A stretch of DNA of 62,978 nucleotides, the filler included, from Welwitschia mirabilis (Eukaryota), in NCBI GenBank assembly GCA_051453625.1. It is 7 parts of one record of this genome, joined end to end, with 100 filler letters (N's around TTAATTAATTAA, not from the genome) between each part and the next. Parts side by side here need not be neighbours in the genome. Positions count along the whole stretch, not along the records: positions 1 to 22,168 come from JBOZIK010000001.1; 6 more parts are not named here. The stretch is one strand, 5' to 3'. This document shows positions 1 to 12,949 of this stretch, piece by piece. Positions within the stretch are counted from its first letter, which is position 1. The number at the start of each line of letters is the position of its first letter. The notes beneath the pieces were generated by a model. The model was given only the letters and a program-made list of their open reading frames with translations, was not told the DNA's origin and did not search any database. A program made the translations under genes and the position numbers.

Positions 1-99
1 GCATTTCACATCTTTTAATCATATTATTCTAGTGTACAGTGTGTTTTAATGACATTTATATTGTTAAAGTTGTCATATTTGAAAAACATGGTTTCTGAT

Positions 100-215
100 T
101 TTATTTCATTACCGACTTTTTGGCCGACATTTTGCCGACTAATCTCCGACTCACCAACACGACTTTCATTTTTGAGGTTGCCGACTTTTTAGTTTTGCCG
201 ACTTTTTAAACATTG
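100..215. mobile_element. Terminus of a hAT-type DNA transposon (TIR plus subterminal CCGAC repeats); the element extends off the window to the left
   Basis: About seven (C)CGAC motifs at 111-203 end in GCCGACTTTTTAAACATTG (rev-comp CAATGTTTAAAAAGTCGG), a plant hAT-like CA(A/G)TG terminus. Confidence 0.6.
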
Positions 216-773
216 ATCTAAAATATGTTTTCCTTTGTAGATCTTCCTTCTGAATTTGAAATCAAAACTAGAAAAACAATTTTTGGTCTTGTTGTAAGAA
301 CTTTTGACATTATTTTATAAATAACATTACATGAGCCTACTAGTCTAAAATCTTATATTATCAATGTCGAGTATGAGCTCAGAATTCCCATTTGATACTA
401 AAGAAAGAACATAAAGAGTATACAAAATATATGCAATAGAACTTCTAGGAAGCAAAATTAAAAGTGGATAGGAAAGCAAAATGGGCTACTAAAAGCATTG
501 AAGAAGAACAAGGTTAATCTAGCACTAGAAGAAAAGGGCGAAAACAAAAGCAACTATCACAGCCCCAGAATCACTACCCACCAGCAAATTTGATTCTAGA
601 ACCTAAGCAAGAAGAAAAAGACCTAGAGGCCAAATTGACATACTGCCTCAAAGTTGATCTCTAAATGTTTTGTAGATGCAGATGTTGAATGAATACAAAA
701 CTAAAGTTTCTCTTATTACTATGAGGTTTTGTAGTGTTCCATATTTTGCTTCTTTGCTCTTATAGAATGTATA

Positions 774-813
774 GAAACGGTAAATAGATAAGGGAAACGG
801 TAAATAGATAAGG
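774..813. repeat. Perfect 2 x 20-bp tandem duplication (GAAACGGTAAATAGATAAGG)
   Basis: Directly visible. Confidence 0.9.
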
Positions 814-1299
814 GAATATTAGAAACTATGCTGGAAAGTTGAACAATAAAAATTACCCTTGTATGTAAAATATCCAATAAGGTTTGCTTTTATTCGGTAA
901 GAATAAAATGGTGAGAAAGGATATATATCTATATATAAAGGAAGAAACAAGCACATAGCATTTGAAACAATGGCTAACCAGTATAACAATTAATTGAAAC
1001 TACAAGAGATAGGTTCTAAAAGATCAATTAATTATTAGAGTTATATTAAGAACCATAATAGTATGTAGAAAGTATGGTTGGAGATGACAAACGAGAGGAA
1101 TCAAATAATAAAGTAAACAAAAACCTTATAAGCTAGAAACGATAAAGATAAGTGAAGGCATGTGGAAACAAGTTAGAAGCAAGTGCTCAATGTATAAACA
1201 TGGAATCATTTTTCTAAGCAATGCCTTAATTCAATTTGAAGAAAGATTGAAAAGTTACACAAAAGTGACACAATGGTTCACCTCAACTACTCCCACATA

Positions 1300-2415
1300 T
1301 ATGATGAAGACTCCAAAGCATACTAAGAGAGAATGAAAGAAATAAACAATGTAGTACAGAAAAGATTAACCCAAATTAAAACTCAAATAAAAATAATCAA
1401 ATCTATTAAACCAACTAATTCACCTAAAATGCATCAAATCGAAATAAAATGCAAGAAACAAAATCGAAAAGAACACACCAAATTTATAGTGGTTTGGCAC
1501 ACCTACTCAAGGGGCAACATCAAAGCTCCTAAACCTGCCTACTTCCATTAATCCTCTTTCAAAAGCAATATGGTTTTAGGCTTACCAAAATCCTTACAAC
1601 AAAACATTGTATCCGTCTTAGGCTCCACAACAAAAAATAGAGATCTAAAAGCAAGGATAGAAAGTGCCTTCATGTACAAAAATCCTTTAACACAACCTTC
1701 AAGAAAACTGATTTTAGCATAGGAAGGAAGAGCATACAAGATTTGAGAGGCCAAAATTTATACAAGGAGAGATCCTCCTCCATCTTATGGAAATCTAGAG
1801 GGAAAATGGTTGTTAGAGAATAGGGAGTAGATTTAGGATGTATGGAATAGAAAATAGAACTTCTAGTTCAAACCAGAACTCAAACGAAAGTTAGAATGTT
1901 CAAATTTGTGTCATATAGTTATAGGTCTAGTCTACCGCTGAAAAGTATGGTTGACTACCAATGGCTATATAAACTCCTTTGAATAAATTGTCTGCACCCA
2001 ATTGGTTAATGACCAAAATGCTTGGTCTACTAATGTAGATGCTAGTCAACCATCACTTAGAAGTATGATTGGTCACCAACAAACATTTAAACTCCCTTTG
2101 AATAAATTGTCTACTCCCAATCGGTTGACTACCAAAACGCTTGGTCTATCACCTCGGAGGCTAGTTAACTACCCTATTCTCAGCCCTGGAATCTTAATAG
2201 TCGGTCAACCCAAGATTGGGACAGCTGACACCCCTATTTTCAACCAAGAATCTTGTAGAGTCAATCAAGCCAAAGTCTGATCAACCTCATGTTAGTTTGT
2301 AATCTGACACTTAAATCATGTGCGTTTGCCCTTAAAAAAAATCCAATCAATCCACTGCATGATGTAGGCTGTCATTTGGCATTAGTTGGAAACTTTTGAT
2401 CAACTTCTACTAACA
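1300..2415 (-). mobile_element. LTR-like sequence (solo or truncated), probably copia-type
   Basis: Contains ATTTATAGTGGTTTGG...CCTACTC, shared with the other minus-strand LTRs here; repeated GGTTGACTACC/GGTCAACC motifs at 1930-2280; ends in ...CTAACA. No TSD seen. Confidence 0.5.
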
Positions 2416-3349
2416 ACCTACTCCTTTTCCAAACAATCACAAAACCAATGACCCGATGAGAATGATGAACTTAGCTGCTTTGCTTTCCCAAGAATTTTAA
2501 CCCTATGAAGGTTCTACAATGCATTTAAAACTCATGGCATTAGATCAAAGAAGTTGACCCATATCATGAGTGTCAAAGACGTGTGGACTTGAAGCATTCT
2601 AAATTTTCAGCTCCTCTTCTTCCCCTTTTTGTCACAATTTGGTACTTGAAAAATTAGTTAAAAAACGTGCAATGGCCATTTTAGATCACAATAATAAGCA
2701 GATCATATTCTATTAAGCATACCAAGTACAAAATTGCTAAGACACGCATATAATAACATAAATGCTCTACTACTGCATAAAGCATGACATGCAAGAGGTA
2801 GCACTAGATTTAGTAGAGAGCAAAGGATAATACACACTAGATAGGTAGAACAACATTAGATTAAAAATAAAAAAGATAACATGCAAGGAACTAGGTAGGT
2901 AGGGTGGTAGGGAAAGCAAGAGAGGAGTCAAGTCTCCACCCATCATCACCGCCAATGATGAAAATTTCAGCAATTAGTTTACGTCAACAGCCTGAAAAAG
3001 TCATGTTGAGGAGACATGTCGCCATGTCAGCGTAAAATGTGGACAGTAATTTTTTATTCAAAAAATTACAGGAATTTCATTATTTACAAGATTTATAAGC
3101 AACATAAGCTCAAAATAGCTAAAAATAAGCACTTCAAATACTCATTTGATGTGCATAATAACTAGAAACCCATTACCACATCAAAAGCTAAAACTATAAA
3201 ACTATTATAACATCAATTGCTCATTTCCTTCACTGCAGAATAATGTGCATGTACTTAAAACAACATATGAGTTTATAAAAAACAGACCATCGAGTGTCAT
3301 TATAGACTAGAAGGCTTATACGAAATACAAATAACATCAACATGCAAAA

Positions 3350-6300
3350 ATCCATAATCTTGTGCCACTACTACATGCACTGCCCCTCCCTCTTATAGCC
3401 TTAAGCTTTTATCTATATGTTTGTGCCTCTCTATGTGGTTGACGAATCTCTTCCCTAGTAGCAGCAAATTGTTATGCATCCTGTTCTAGTCATCAAAGCT
3501 CCTCCTCAATGAATAAATCATCATGGCTAGGAGTAATCTCTACACCTCTAGCCATCTCCTCCTCCTCCTTCTCACTGTAATCATCACCATCGGAACCATC
3601 ATCAACATCCATGCCCTCGTAGCCAACAGATAAGGGTTGTGAAGAGTGGCATCGTGGACGAGATGTCGTAGCCTGAATTGGAGGTGCATCAAGAGGAGGC
3701 GAAGCAGGACAATCTTCCTCAGGAGGAAATTCTGCTTCCTCTGCTTCCCTCGTGCATTTGCATGAGAAGTAGAAGCTCCCTCAGTACTAGGTACATGTAC
3801 ATGTGCATGTGAAATTGTGGATCATCATCAACAATGGTAAGAACCCAATCATGAAGAGGCTCAGAAGCATGGACATTTTCAAAGTCCACATCATTATGCT
3901 TGTTGTCATTAATGGCAGCAATAGCACTAAAGATATCTTTCTATATTAACTTTAGATTGTAATGCACAAATACAAGATCGTTTAATATCTCTGCAGTGAG
4001 CCTCTTACATTTTTTAAAGTGAATGTGCTCAAAAACACTCCAATTCCTTTCACAACCTATGTCAACAAGAAAATGACAATAATTAATGACATATAAAATT
4101 ACTCCAAAACAACAAAAACACTTAAATTGTACTAGAATACAATAAAATTGAATGTGAAAAATTACAAACATGCAGCCAACTTTCCAGATGCACTATAAGG
4201 TTGGATTAATATTCTTATGGCTAGTTGGTGTAGATTGGAAACTTCTATTCCAGAAGTAAGCCACCAATCATCTACAATAATAAACAATCAAATTAAAATC
4301 ATTGAAAGTTAGAGAAGAAGGGTAGTAGTCTGGTACTTTACAATATTAAAGTGAAAAATTACTAACAAAAAAGCAAGAGTATAATATGGTAATTGTAAAC
4401 TATAAAGTTTACCTTGTGTACATTCATTAACTCCTAATTCACTTAAGGCCATCATGAATGTTGGGCGATCTCTCTTCCTATATCTGTTTAGCTCATTTAT
4501 AAGTTTTAATGACTTCCGTGAATCTGTTACCATTTTGTGGAAGACAAAGGTGATTCTTGTGGCAAGATGAGGATCATGTAGAAGTGATTTTCCAAAACCA
4601 AATTATTGATTTAAAACATGTGCTATAGCATGCAAATGTTCATTCCATCTTTTTTGTATAAGAGAGGATATGTGCACCCATTCTGAATCTTGCTTGCTTG
4701 CAAGCATGTAAATCTCAACTTGACTTTTGGCCTTCCCCATGGCATCATAAATAAATCTCATAGAAGGTCTTCCACTATCTACGATAGGTAACACTTTCAC
4801 CAAGGGATCGGTGATCGATAAAAACAAAATCAAAGAAATTGCATCAACTCATTTATTATGTCAATGTGAAGAATTCAAAAAAAATAGAGTTGGAAATTGG
4901 GATTACTTACACATATAATATTCTCCACACCAAACCAAAAATGTATTTCATCAAACACTGCTCTTTTGATAACCTTTGCTAAAGGAAGTTGTCTAATCCT
5001 GTTGAATTTTTCGAAATCTCTCCATTCTTCACTAACAAACACGTTCATCAAAGCACTTTTCCTTTTCAATAAGGAATCCAAGAGAATAAAATTGGTGGCA
5101 GACCTTGTTGTACAAGGCCTAATGAGTTCATTGCCATATGAAAATTCCAAAAAGAAATGATGAACATGCTAATGCAAGTAGATGAACTTGGAGATAATTT
5201 TTGCACATCTCACAACCTAGAAAAAGGAAAGAAGTTAATTACTAGTCACATTGAGCCATAAAGTAATAGGCCACAAAGCCATAACATTGACGTTATTAAA
5301 ATTCACTAAAATTTACCATAGTAATCCACTGATTTTTTTCTATGTCTTCAAAAAGAAGGTCAAGGCAATGTGCAACACAAGGTGTCCAATAAATTGTTGG
5401 ATAAGAAGTCAGTAGAATCCAACCAGCCACAACAAAGGAGGTTGCATTGTCTGTCATAACGTAATTAAAATTAAGAAATAACTATGGGTCAAAATAAAAT
5501 AACAATTATTAAATAACCAACATTTTTAAAACAAATTAAATAACAATCACAAAATTCTATAGCTTAAAAATCTTATTTCAACCACATTCTCTACACTAAT
5601 GACCTCAATGCATTCTCTAAGGACTCCAAACAAGTACTCAACATTTTTCACATGCTTTGATGCATCTAAGCTTTTTAAAAACATGATTCTAGATGCAGAG
5701 CCAACCAAAAAAATTCAATAAGGTTCTACCTCTCATCTTCCCAACCATCACACATTAAATTGTAGCCCTTTTCTTGCCATGTTGCACGTCAGATTTAACT
5801 TCATCAAGCAAGTTTGTTCTCACCTTAGTATATGTTGGGAGTTTGAAACAAGGCCCTGCTTTGTAAATTGCATTACACATTTCTTTAAACATGGCAGTAG
5901 AATGAAAAGGATTAAGAGGGAACATGTGAAAGCACCAACATTCAGCCATTCTCTTCTTCGCATCATGCATTAGTTTTTTCACTTGTGGAGTGTTGCGCAT
6001 GTCTATTGTATTAATGAAGGAGAAGATGAACTTCCCATTCCTTCACCACTGCCACTTCTACTTGTTTGAGTACTTGCTTGGCTAGAAATAAGATCTATTT
6101 GCTCTTTATCCCTTTTTCAAATCCAAAGTGAAGGGGCATAACATGTCCTAGTATAGCTTGAAGTATCTGTACCTACCAGAGAAGATCCCCCACCTCGATC
6201 ATTTGAATGAAAATGCAATTGTTTTTCTCTTTGCAATCATTTCTTCTGCCTGCCGAGAAGCACATCTTCTTTTATCCCTCTCTGCAAGCATTGTCATACA

Positions 6301-6480
6301 CTCTTGCCTGGTTTTGTCATTGATTTCACCTCTTGGTTCAGGACACTTGCAAATATCATGCCTTGTAATGCCTGCAGTATGATATTTCAATTGTGTAACT
6401 CCTTCAAAAACACTCATACCATAAAACCTACAAATAACTTTTGTTGCCTTTGTTCTAGAAGTACTTGATCCTTAGGGTGA
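3350..6480 (-). pseudogene. Intron-containing hAT transposase pseudogene (BED-finger remnant, DUF659-type core, C-terminal dimerisation domain, acidic tail)
   Basis: Minus-strand peptides: VICRFY..GVTQLKYHTAG..ICKCP; AIYKAGPCFKLPTY; CDGW; TDNA..AG..YWTPCVAHCLDLLFEDI; RPCTTRSATNF; DPLVKVL..VDS..M.FIYDAM; LHAIAHVLN; WW..LAIRIL..SASG; CERNWSVFEHIH.KK..RL...LNDLVFVHYNL. About 5 introns, plus stops and frameshifts. Confidence 0.92.
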
Positions 6481-7149
6481 ACCATCTTCAAGACTCAAGA
6501 GAAATGAATCTTATAAATAGCATTAAAACAGAAAACGAAGAAAAGGTAAGTATTCAAAATCTTACAAATGCAAAACAACATCAATAATTCAATACTAGAA
6601 AGGATTGCATAAAAAATTTGGCAACTNNNNNNNNNNNNNNNNNNNNNNNNNNNNNNNNNNNNNNNNNNNNNNNNNNNNNNNNNNNNNNNNNNNNNNNNNN
6701 NNNNNNNNNNNNNNNNNNNNNNNNNNATCAATAATTCAATACTAGAAAGGATTGCATAAAAAATTTGGCAACTACTTTCAATAAAAGAAGTTCATTTACT
6801 TTCTAGACTACGAATATTTAGTCTAGAAAAAAGCAAGGAAAAGCAATAATTAAAAAAATCATAAAAGAAATATTCATACACTTAAAGATTAGCACATTTC
6901 TTCTTGCTCAGTATGTTCATAGATATCATCAATAGACATGCAAAAGGCAATAATGTTTATATCTAAGAAATTTATCCTTACATTTTGACATAATGACATG
7001 TATACTAAATAGTGTGATGTTGCTTGTTGGAGTCGGGTGTGAGGTCAATTCTTAATGTATACTATTGCCAAGGACTTCTGTCTTTATAAATTGATGTTAT
7101 GTTATAGTCACTTTATATTGTTATGTTTTAACATCATGTCTAGTTTAGG

Positions 7150-8030
7150 AATGACATATTTTTAATGAAACATATGTAATCCTCTTATAAAGATTATGTT
7201 GTTATGTTTTAACATCATGTCTAAGAACGTTCACTTCTTGGACTTTGGAGGGATGTGGTGTTTGACGAAACCTTTCTCAAGAGGAATGTTCTATCTATGG
7301 AATTTCAATTTGAATGAAACAACAATAGTAACGACTAACAAGAATGAAAAAGTAGCTCAATTAACGAGATGGNNNNNNNNNNNNNNNNNNNNNNNNNNNN
7401 NNNNNNNNNNNNNNNNNNNNNNNNNNNNNNNNNNNNNNNNNNNNNNNNNNNNNNNNNNNNNNNNNNNNNNNNAAACCTTTCTCAAGAGGAATGTTCTATG
7501 TATGGAATTTCAATTTGAATGAAACAACAATAGTAACGACTAACAAGAATTAAAAAGTAGCTCAATTAACGAGATGGAACAAAAATGGAAGTGCATCCTA
7601 GAGGATCTTTAAGGAAACTTACAGCATTGCATCAATAACATTTGATGGTGAATAAGCATATCTCACTTTGGCTATAGAACTGGATGAACAAATATCTTAT
7701 CAAGATGTTTTGAATAATTAGCAAACGATGAAGAACATATGTACTCTCTCTTGAAAAACTAGATATAAGTGTTGGTATAGATTTCAAAGGGTAGGAAAAC
7801 ATTTGATTGTAGGTGACTGTTCAAAGCAAAGCACGTTGCAACATGGATGATTAAAAGGTTCAAGACACACTTGGCAATAGACTATCATCCAACGTTGGCT
7901 ACATACTTTTTTGTTGTGGCTGAACTTGTGTTCAAATTAGCTTCAATCAAACTCATGGCTTTGGCTATGTTGGAAGGTTTGAAGCCAGAACAAATGGATG
8001 TAAGGATAGCCTCTTCCATGTTAAGTTGGA
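7150..8030 (+). mobile_element. Degenerate Ty1/copia pol fragment (integrase end to RT start)
   Basis: KGRK..., KRFKTHL, FKLASIKLM..LA..EGLKPEQMDVRIASS match copia RT motifs RFKARL and QMDV.TAFL. Confidence 0.7.
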
Positions 8031-8349
8031 AACTATGTCTCTGCTCGACCGTAGGCCCATAACTCTACCACACTTTTGGCTATTTTTCCTTTGTCTGCAA
8101 GTTTGCGCACCATTTCTCTGTCTTTGTGCACTTCTCTCTATCCTGGTGTGCTTCTCTTGTCTTTGGGTGTTTTTATTAATGCGCCTCCAGCAAAAAGTCG
8201 TGACTTGTTATCAATAAGTCATGACCAAAAACATTTATTTCATCAGCGACATGTCGGCAACATTTACAATACGTCGACTCAAAAAGTCACACCAATGGTG
8301 ACTTTTTGATTGATTGAAAAAAGGGCAAGATATCGCCAAAGAGATCACC

Positions 8350-9580
8350 ACCCCTCCCACATTCAGAGGCCTCTAAATCCCCTAGAATCTCTATAGCAAA
8401 ACCTGAAGAACTACATGCACACCATCTCCACAAATACTCTTAATAATATTAAGAAATGAAAGCAAAAAGACTAACATAGATAACAAATACAAAGAGAGAT
8501 TTACAACGTAAAACCCTTAAATACTAAGGGAAATATCCATGAGAAAATAGTGGAAAGCACTTAATTAAAAGACAAGCTTACAAACAAGGCAAAGAAGGCT
8601 TCAATCTTAGCTCTTAAACTCTCTGACAGGAATCACTCCTGAAGACAAATGTTCTCCAAAACAACTCATTGCCCCAACACAAACTCACAAGGGGATTAAA
8701 TAGTTATATGACAAAACCTTCTACCACACTCTAGACTTATTCTCTTTAGCTATAAGTAATAGTTAACCCACACATAACCTTTAAAATAGTTTGCTAAACC
8801 TCAAAATGACTTTACTTAAAATCACCTTTTACAATAATCTTTTTGTTAAATAAAAGGGGTCAATGATAAAATACAACATTACAAAGGGAATAAATTTGCC
8901 TTTACAATATAAAAATCTCCCACTTGACAAATTTCCAGTTTCCAAAACAAGCTCCAACTTCAAGCTCCCTTGTTATGTTTCTTCAAGTCTAATGCCAAAC
9001 ATGTAGGAATCATGCTTTGCTCCATCTACTGGCTTAGCCAAGAGATTAGCCAAGGTGGGCATGGTGCCCAATTTTATCAACCTATGGTATCATTGCCTCC
9101 AAGATATCCTTGATGAAGTAGTACTTCACGTGAATGTGCTTTGTCCTTGTATGATGTATAGCATCTTTAGCCAAGACTTGGCTATCATAGCACACAACAT
9201 ACTTGGCTTCGAGAAGTCCAAGCCATTCAAGCATGCATCTTAGCCAAACCATCTCATTTGCTACCTTCACCAAAGCAATATTTCCAACCTCTGTAGTAGG
9301 CAAAGCCACCAAAACTCTACAAACATGACATCTAGCTAATAGCACCACCACCAATATAAAAACAAGTCCTATAGTATACTTCTGAAATCTATGCAACCAT
9401 CACAATTTGCATCTACATATCCAACAAGTTCTAAAGCTAAGCCTCCAACACATAAACAGACATGTTGAGTCCCTTGCAAATATCACAAAACCTATTTGAC
9501 AGCTTCCCAGTGAGCTCTTCTAGGTTGTTTGTATATTTGGAGGAAACTCTCACTACAAACTAGGGCATACAACAAGCTTT
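8350..9580 (-). mobile_element. 3' end of a Ty1/copia element: RNase H (~8990-9580), PPT (8916-8927) and probable 3' LTR (~8350-8915)
   Basis: YVDANCDG, VALPTTEV, CYDSQ, HHTRTKHIHVKYYFIKDIL; ATCTCCCACTTG is the rev-comp of copia PPT CAAGTGGGAGAT. Confidence 0.8.
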
Positions 9581-9584
9581 AAGA

Positions 9585-10373
9585 GAGGGACGTCCATGCG
9601 GGGACAATATGAGGAGATGTCTAACCTGTCATCCTGGGACGTCCGAGATACACTCGATTTTTAACAGTAAATAGAGGGACATCCGGATCACTCGAAGGGG
9701 ACATCCAGATAGGCGAATGTTGGAGCGCAAGCTGATGGTTCTAACTCCATAAGCACAACGTTCAAGAGAGGAACAGCTAAGAAAACTCTTGGCACAGTTA
9801 ACGACCCATTGCACTCTTCTCAAGGTCCAAACAGCTAGTTTTACAAGAGAGTCTATAAAAAGCCCTATGCCTTCTTCAGAACATACCTGAATCTATTATA
9901 TCATTTTCTGAAAAGCAAATTATGTCTCTCTCTATCTCTGCTCCTAACTTGTATCATCTCCTAGAGAGATCATTGTACTACAGGCTGATGCACTGTGCCT
10001 AAAAGCATACCATCCATCAAAACCTTCAATTTGATTGAACTCTAGTGAATGCTTCGTGGTTGAGCAATCTGACCGTTGAGAAGGGTATTGTAAAGGAACC
10101 CTTGGTGAAGGGTGTTGTAAGCTACCCTGGAGAAGGGTGTTCTAAGGGAACCAGGAGGCTGAGAGCACATTGCTGGCAAGGATTGCCGAACCACTATAAA
10201 TCTGTGATGCACTCTTTCTGCTTGCTTGAGTTCATTTTGTTGTGTTCTTGTTTCAATTGTTTCTAATTTATTTTCTTAAGCAAAGTTTAGACTTTAGCTT
10301 CTTGAACTTAAGTAGTTATTTTTGGTAATTCACCCTATTCACCCCTCCTCTAGGATGCCAATCGATCCTAACA
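9585..10373 (+). mobile_element. 5'-truncated Sirevirus-type LTR
   Basis: Repeated GGGACGTCC/GGGACATCC motifs at 9588-9710; TATA-like CTATAAAAAG at ~9853; CCGAACCACTATAAAT; 3' end CTATTCACCCCTCCTCTAG...CCTAACA. No PBS follows. Confidence 0.75.
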
Positions 10374-10379
10374 ATCTTA

Positions 10380-11520
10380 ACTTATTCCAAATGATGATTC
10401 TATTCTATCTCTTTCATTTTGAAAAACCCACTTTGTGCCAATAACATTCTTACCTAGAGATCTTGATACCAATTCCAAACTTGATATCTTTTGAACTAAT
10501 AGATTTCCTCTTGCATTGCATCAATCCAAAACTCATCTCCTTAAGCTTCCTTGAAGTTCTTTTGTTTAAGTTGCTAAACTATATGAAAGTGTGCACAAAT
10601 GTTTTAAGTCCTTTTTGTGCAAGCTAATCCATCTATTTTGCTAACTGTTTGATCTAGTGGATTGTCTCTTCTTGTTCTTCATGGAAATTTAATACATTTT
10701 GTATCCAGTTGATTAATCAGTGATAGTTATGTTGTTTCACTTGGTGTAGACCTTTGAAGATGATAGACCTTGATTTCCCTCTTTAGAAAATGCATAGTTC
10801 TTTTCTACGTCAACACCCCCTTGTTCTTATTCTTGTGTATCTCACTTATCATTCATGTTATAATCACATACAGTTACATGAATAGTCTCTTCAACTTTCA
10901 AAGTTCTTTTATTGAAAACCCCATGAGCTTTACTTGTGAAAGAGCATCCAGGAAAAATACCTTCATCTAACGTTGATTCAAATTTATCACGAACAGGCTT
11001 TCTTTCAAAGTAACATGTGCTTCCAAGGTCTTCAAATACCCTGCTAGTTGTTTCTGACATTTCCAAAGTTTGTAAGGTGTCTTATCAATATCAATCCTTG
11101 GATAAACTTGATTTTAAATATATCATGCTTTACCTACTACTTCAGCCCACATCCTCAAAGGAAAATGATGCTTATTTAACATTGTTCTTGCAATCTCAAT
11201 GACAAGTTGGTTTCTACTTTGCACAACACCATTTTGTTAGGGATTTCTTGCGATGCAACCATTAAAATCACAACAGTTAGCAAATGTTTCCTTGTCAAAA
11301 TCACCATCATGGTCTAATCTAAGCATTTTAAGATTAGAACCTTTCTCATTTTGAATCGATCGGCATAATCTCACAAGCCCATCAAAACATCATCTCTATT
11401 TTATAAAAAGACAACCCAACAAAATCTATTAAAGTCATCAAGTATAACCAAAGCATACCTTTTCCCACCAAAACTAGAAGTCTTAACTAATCCAAATAAA
11501 TCTATATGAAGTAAGGATTT
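10380..11520 (-). mobile_element. Sirevirus-type copia integrase to RT-start fragment
   Basis: LHIDLFG..GGKRYALVILDDFNRF; QNGVV; RDKFES.LDEGIF.G.S..SKA..VFNKRTLKVEETIHV; DEFWIDAMQEE; KNVIGTKWVF. Confidence 0.88.
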
Positions 11521-11839
11521 CAATGGCAGTGACAAATCATTGTGTTCTGTCAGGATTCAAAGTTGCAAGGCAAATGTAAGGGTCCCTTCCTAGATCCTAT
11601 AATAAAATTTTAAATTTTGTCGCTAAAATGGTTTTTTAATTAAGAATCAGTGATAAATTATCATTTTTGCAGAAAAATAGAAGAAAAACCTTTTTTTTAA
11701 AAAAATAATTAATGCAACTCTTGGAGAGTTCCAATCGCTTGGTGATTTGGGCATGGAAAGCAATGTAACTCTTAGAGAGTTGCAAAACAGCTTAGGGAAG
11801 AATGTTGAAATGTGACACTAAAGTCTATTTTTATTCCCT

Positions 11840-12293
11840 TGTTGGTTATAATCTTATGTCGATCCCACATCGTTTAAAAGGTAGACTGAGTTATAAAATC
11901 ACCTTGAGGTAGTCATGAAATAAATTGTAATTTTCAAAAGGGAATATGTTGGGTAGGAGGCATCTAGGGTTGTGCTAGTTTAGCCTAAATCTCTCTCTTA
12001 TATATGTCGCTCAAGCCAGTGAGGGTTAGATGTAGTGTGCTTCACAGCTATCTTGTATTCTTTAAAGCTTTCAACTACTGTTAAAAGCTTTGCATTGCTT
12101 TTTCAAGGAAGTAGGATAGAACGGGACCAAGCCTTATGTTCTCTAAAGCTTTGAACTACTATTAAGAGCTCTGCATTGCTTTCTCAAGGAAGTATGCTAG
12201 AAAGGGACCAAGCCTCGTTAAATCTTTTGTGTGCTTTCACTTTTGTTTGATTTTCCAGTTATCTCATTTTATGGAGCATTCATTTTTATAACA
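11840..12293 (+). mobile_element. Short copia-type LTR-like sequence with an internal ~80-bp tandem duplication (~12057-12215)
   Basis: Starts TGTTGG, has the TCCCACATCG motif typical of plant copia LTRs and a TATA-like tract at ~12000, ends ...TAACA. No TSD. Confidence 0.5.
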
Positions 12294-12949
12294 ATCATGC
12301 TATAAACATTGCTTGTACATTTTTATGAATTTACTAAATATTTCAGCTACATCTACTTTGCCATTAACAAGAGTTGTTGGAGCCTCTTGCTAGCGAATTG
12401 AGTTCAGTGCATGCAAATTAGCGTACTATAGACTAAATGTGCAAGGTGTGATACATGTGATGTCCCAAATGTGAAGGCTATTGTAACAGGGTAATTATTA
12501 CAAACAAGTTAATCAAATTGATGCCTATATTGATAAGAAATTGAACACCATGATGGACACTAATCTATGTGCATAGCATGTGTAGTAAGCTCTAAGGATG
12601 GCCTACGGTGGCATGCCTTGATCCATGAAAAATGAAGTATTTAAAATGACAATATAAAGATATGAAGTTACGACAACATGATATCATATTTTATCATTAT
12701 TTGTGTTTAATTTTAAATTGTAAACTAGCCCTACCTCACCCCGTAAGGTATCCTAGAAGATAAAACCGAAAGTTGTTGCTACTCTTCAAAAGCATCATGA
12801 TAAAGTAGTTTAGAACTAGCTAGTTACAACAAAGTTGCATCTAACTATGAGTGGGCACAACCTAAAGCAAAAGAAGTAGAATTGACAACTAGACCTAGCA
12901 AAATATAATTGCATTGAAGCACAAAGGTGAAACATTAGGTGATTGTTTT

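Larger units (their letters stand above)
2971..8316 (-). mobile_element. Putative full extent of a decayed hAT transposon, with a nested copia fragment in its 5' part
   Basis: Transposase inside. Both ends carry AAAAAGTC and palindromic GACATGTCG motifs (~2996-3022 and ~8192-8308). Candidate termini CAATTAG... (2971) and ...TGATTG (8316). No 8-bp TSD found. Confidence 0.45.

Noticed and set aside
727-736. TTTTGTAGTG, a possible CACTA end
   Set aside because: No subterminal repeats or partner end; a short match expected by chance
6580-6774. Short direct repeats either side of 100-N gaps (also 7268-7577, 20220-20385, 61846-62058)
   Set aside because: Near-identical contig-end overlaps; assembly artefacts
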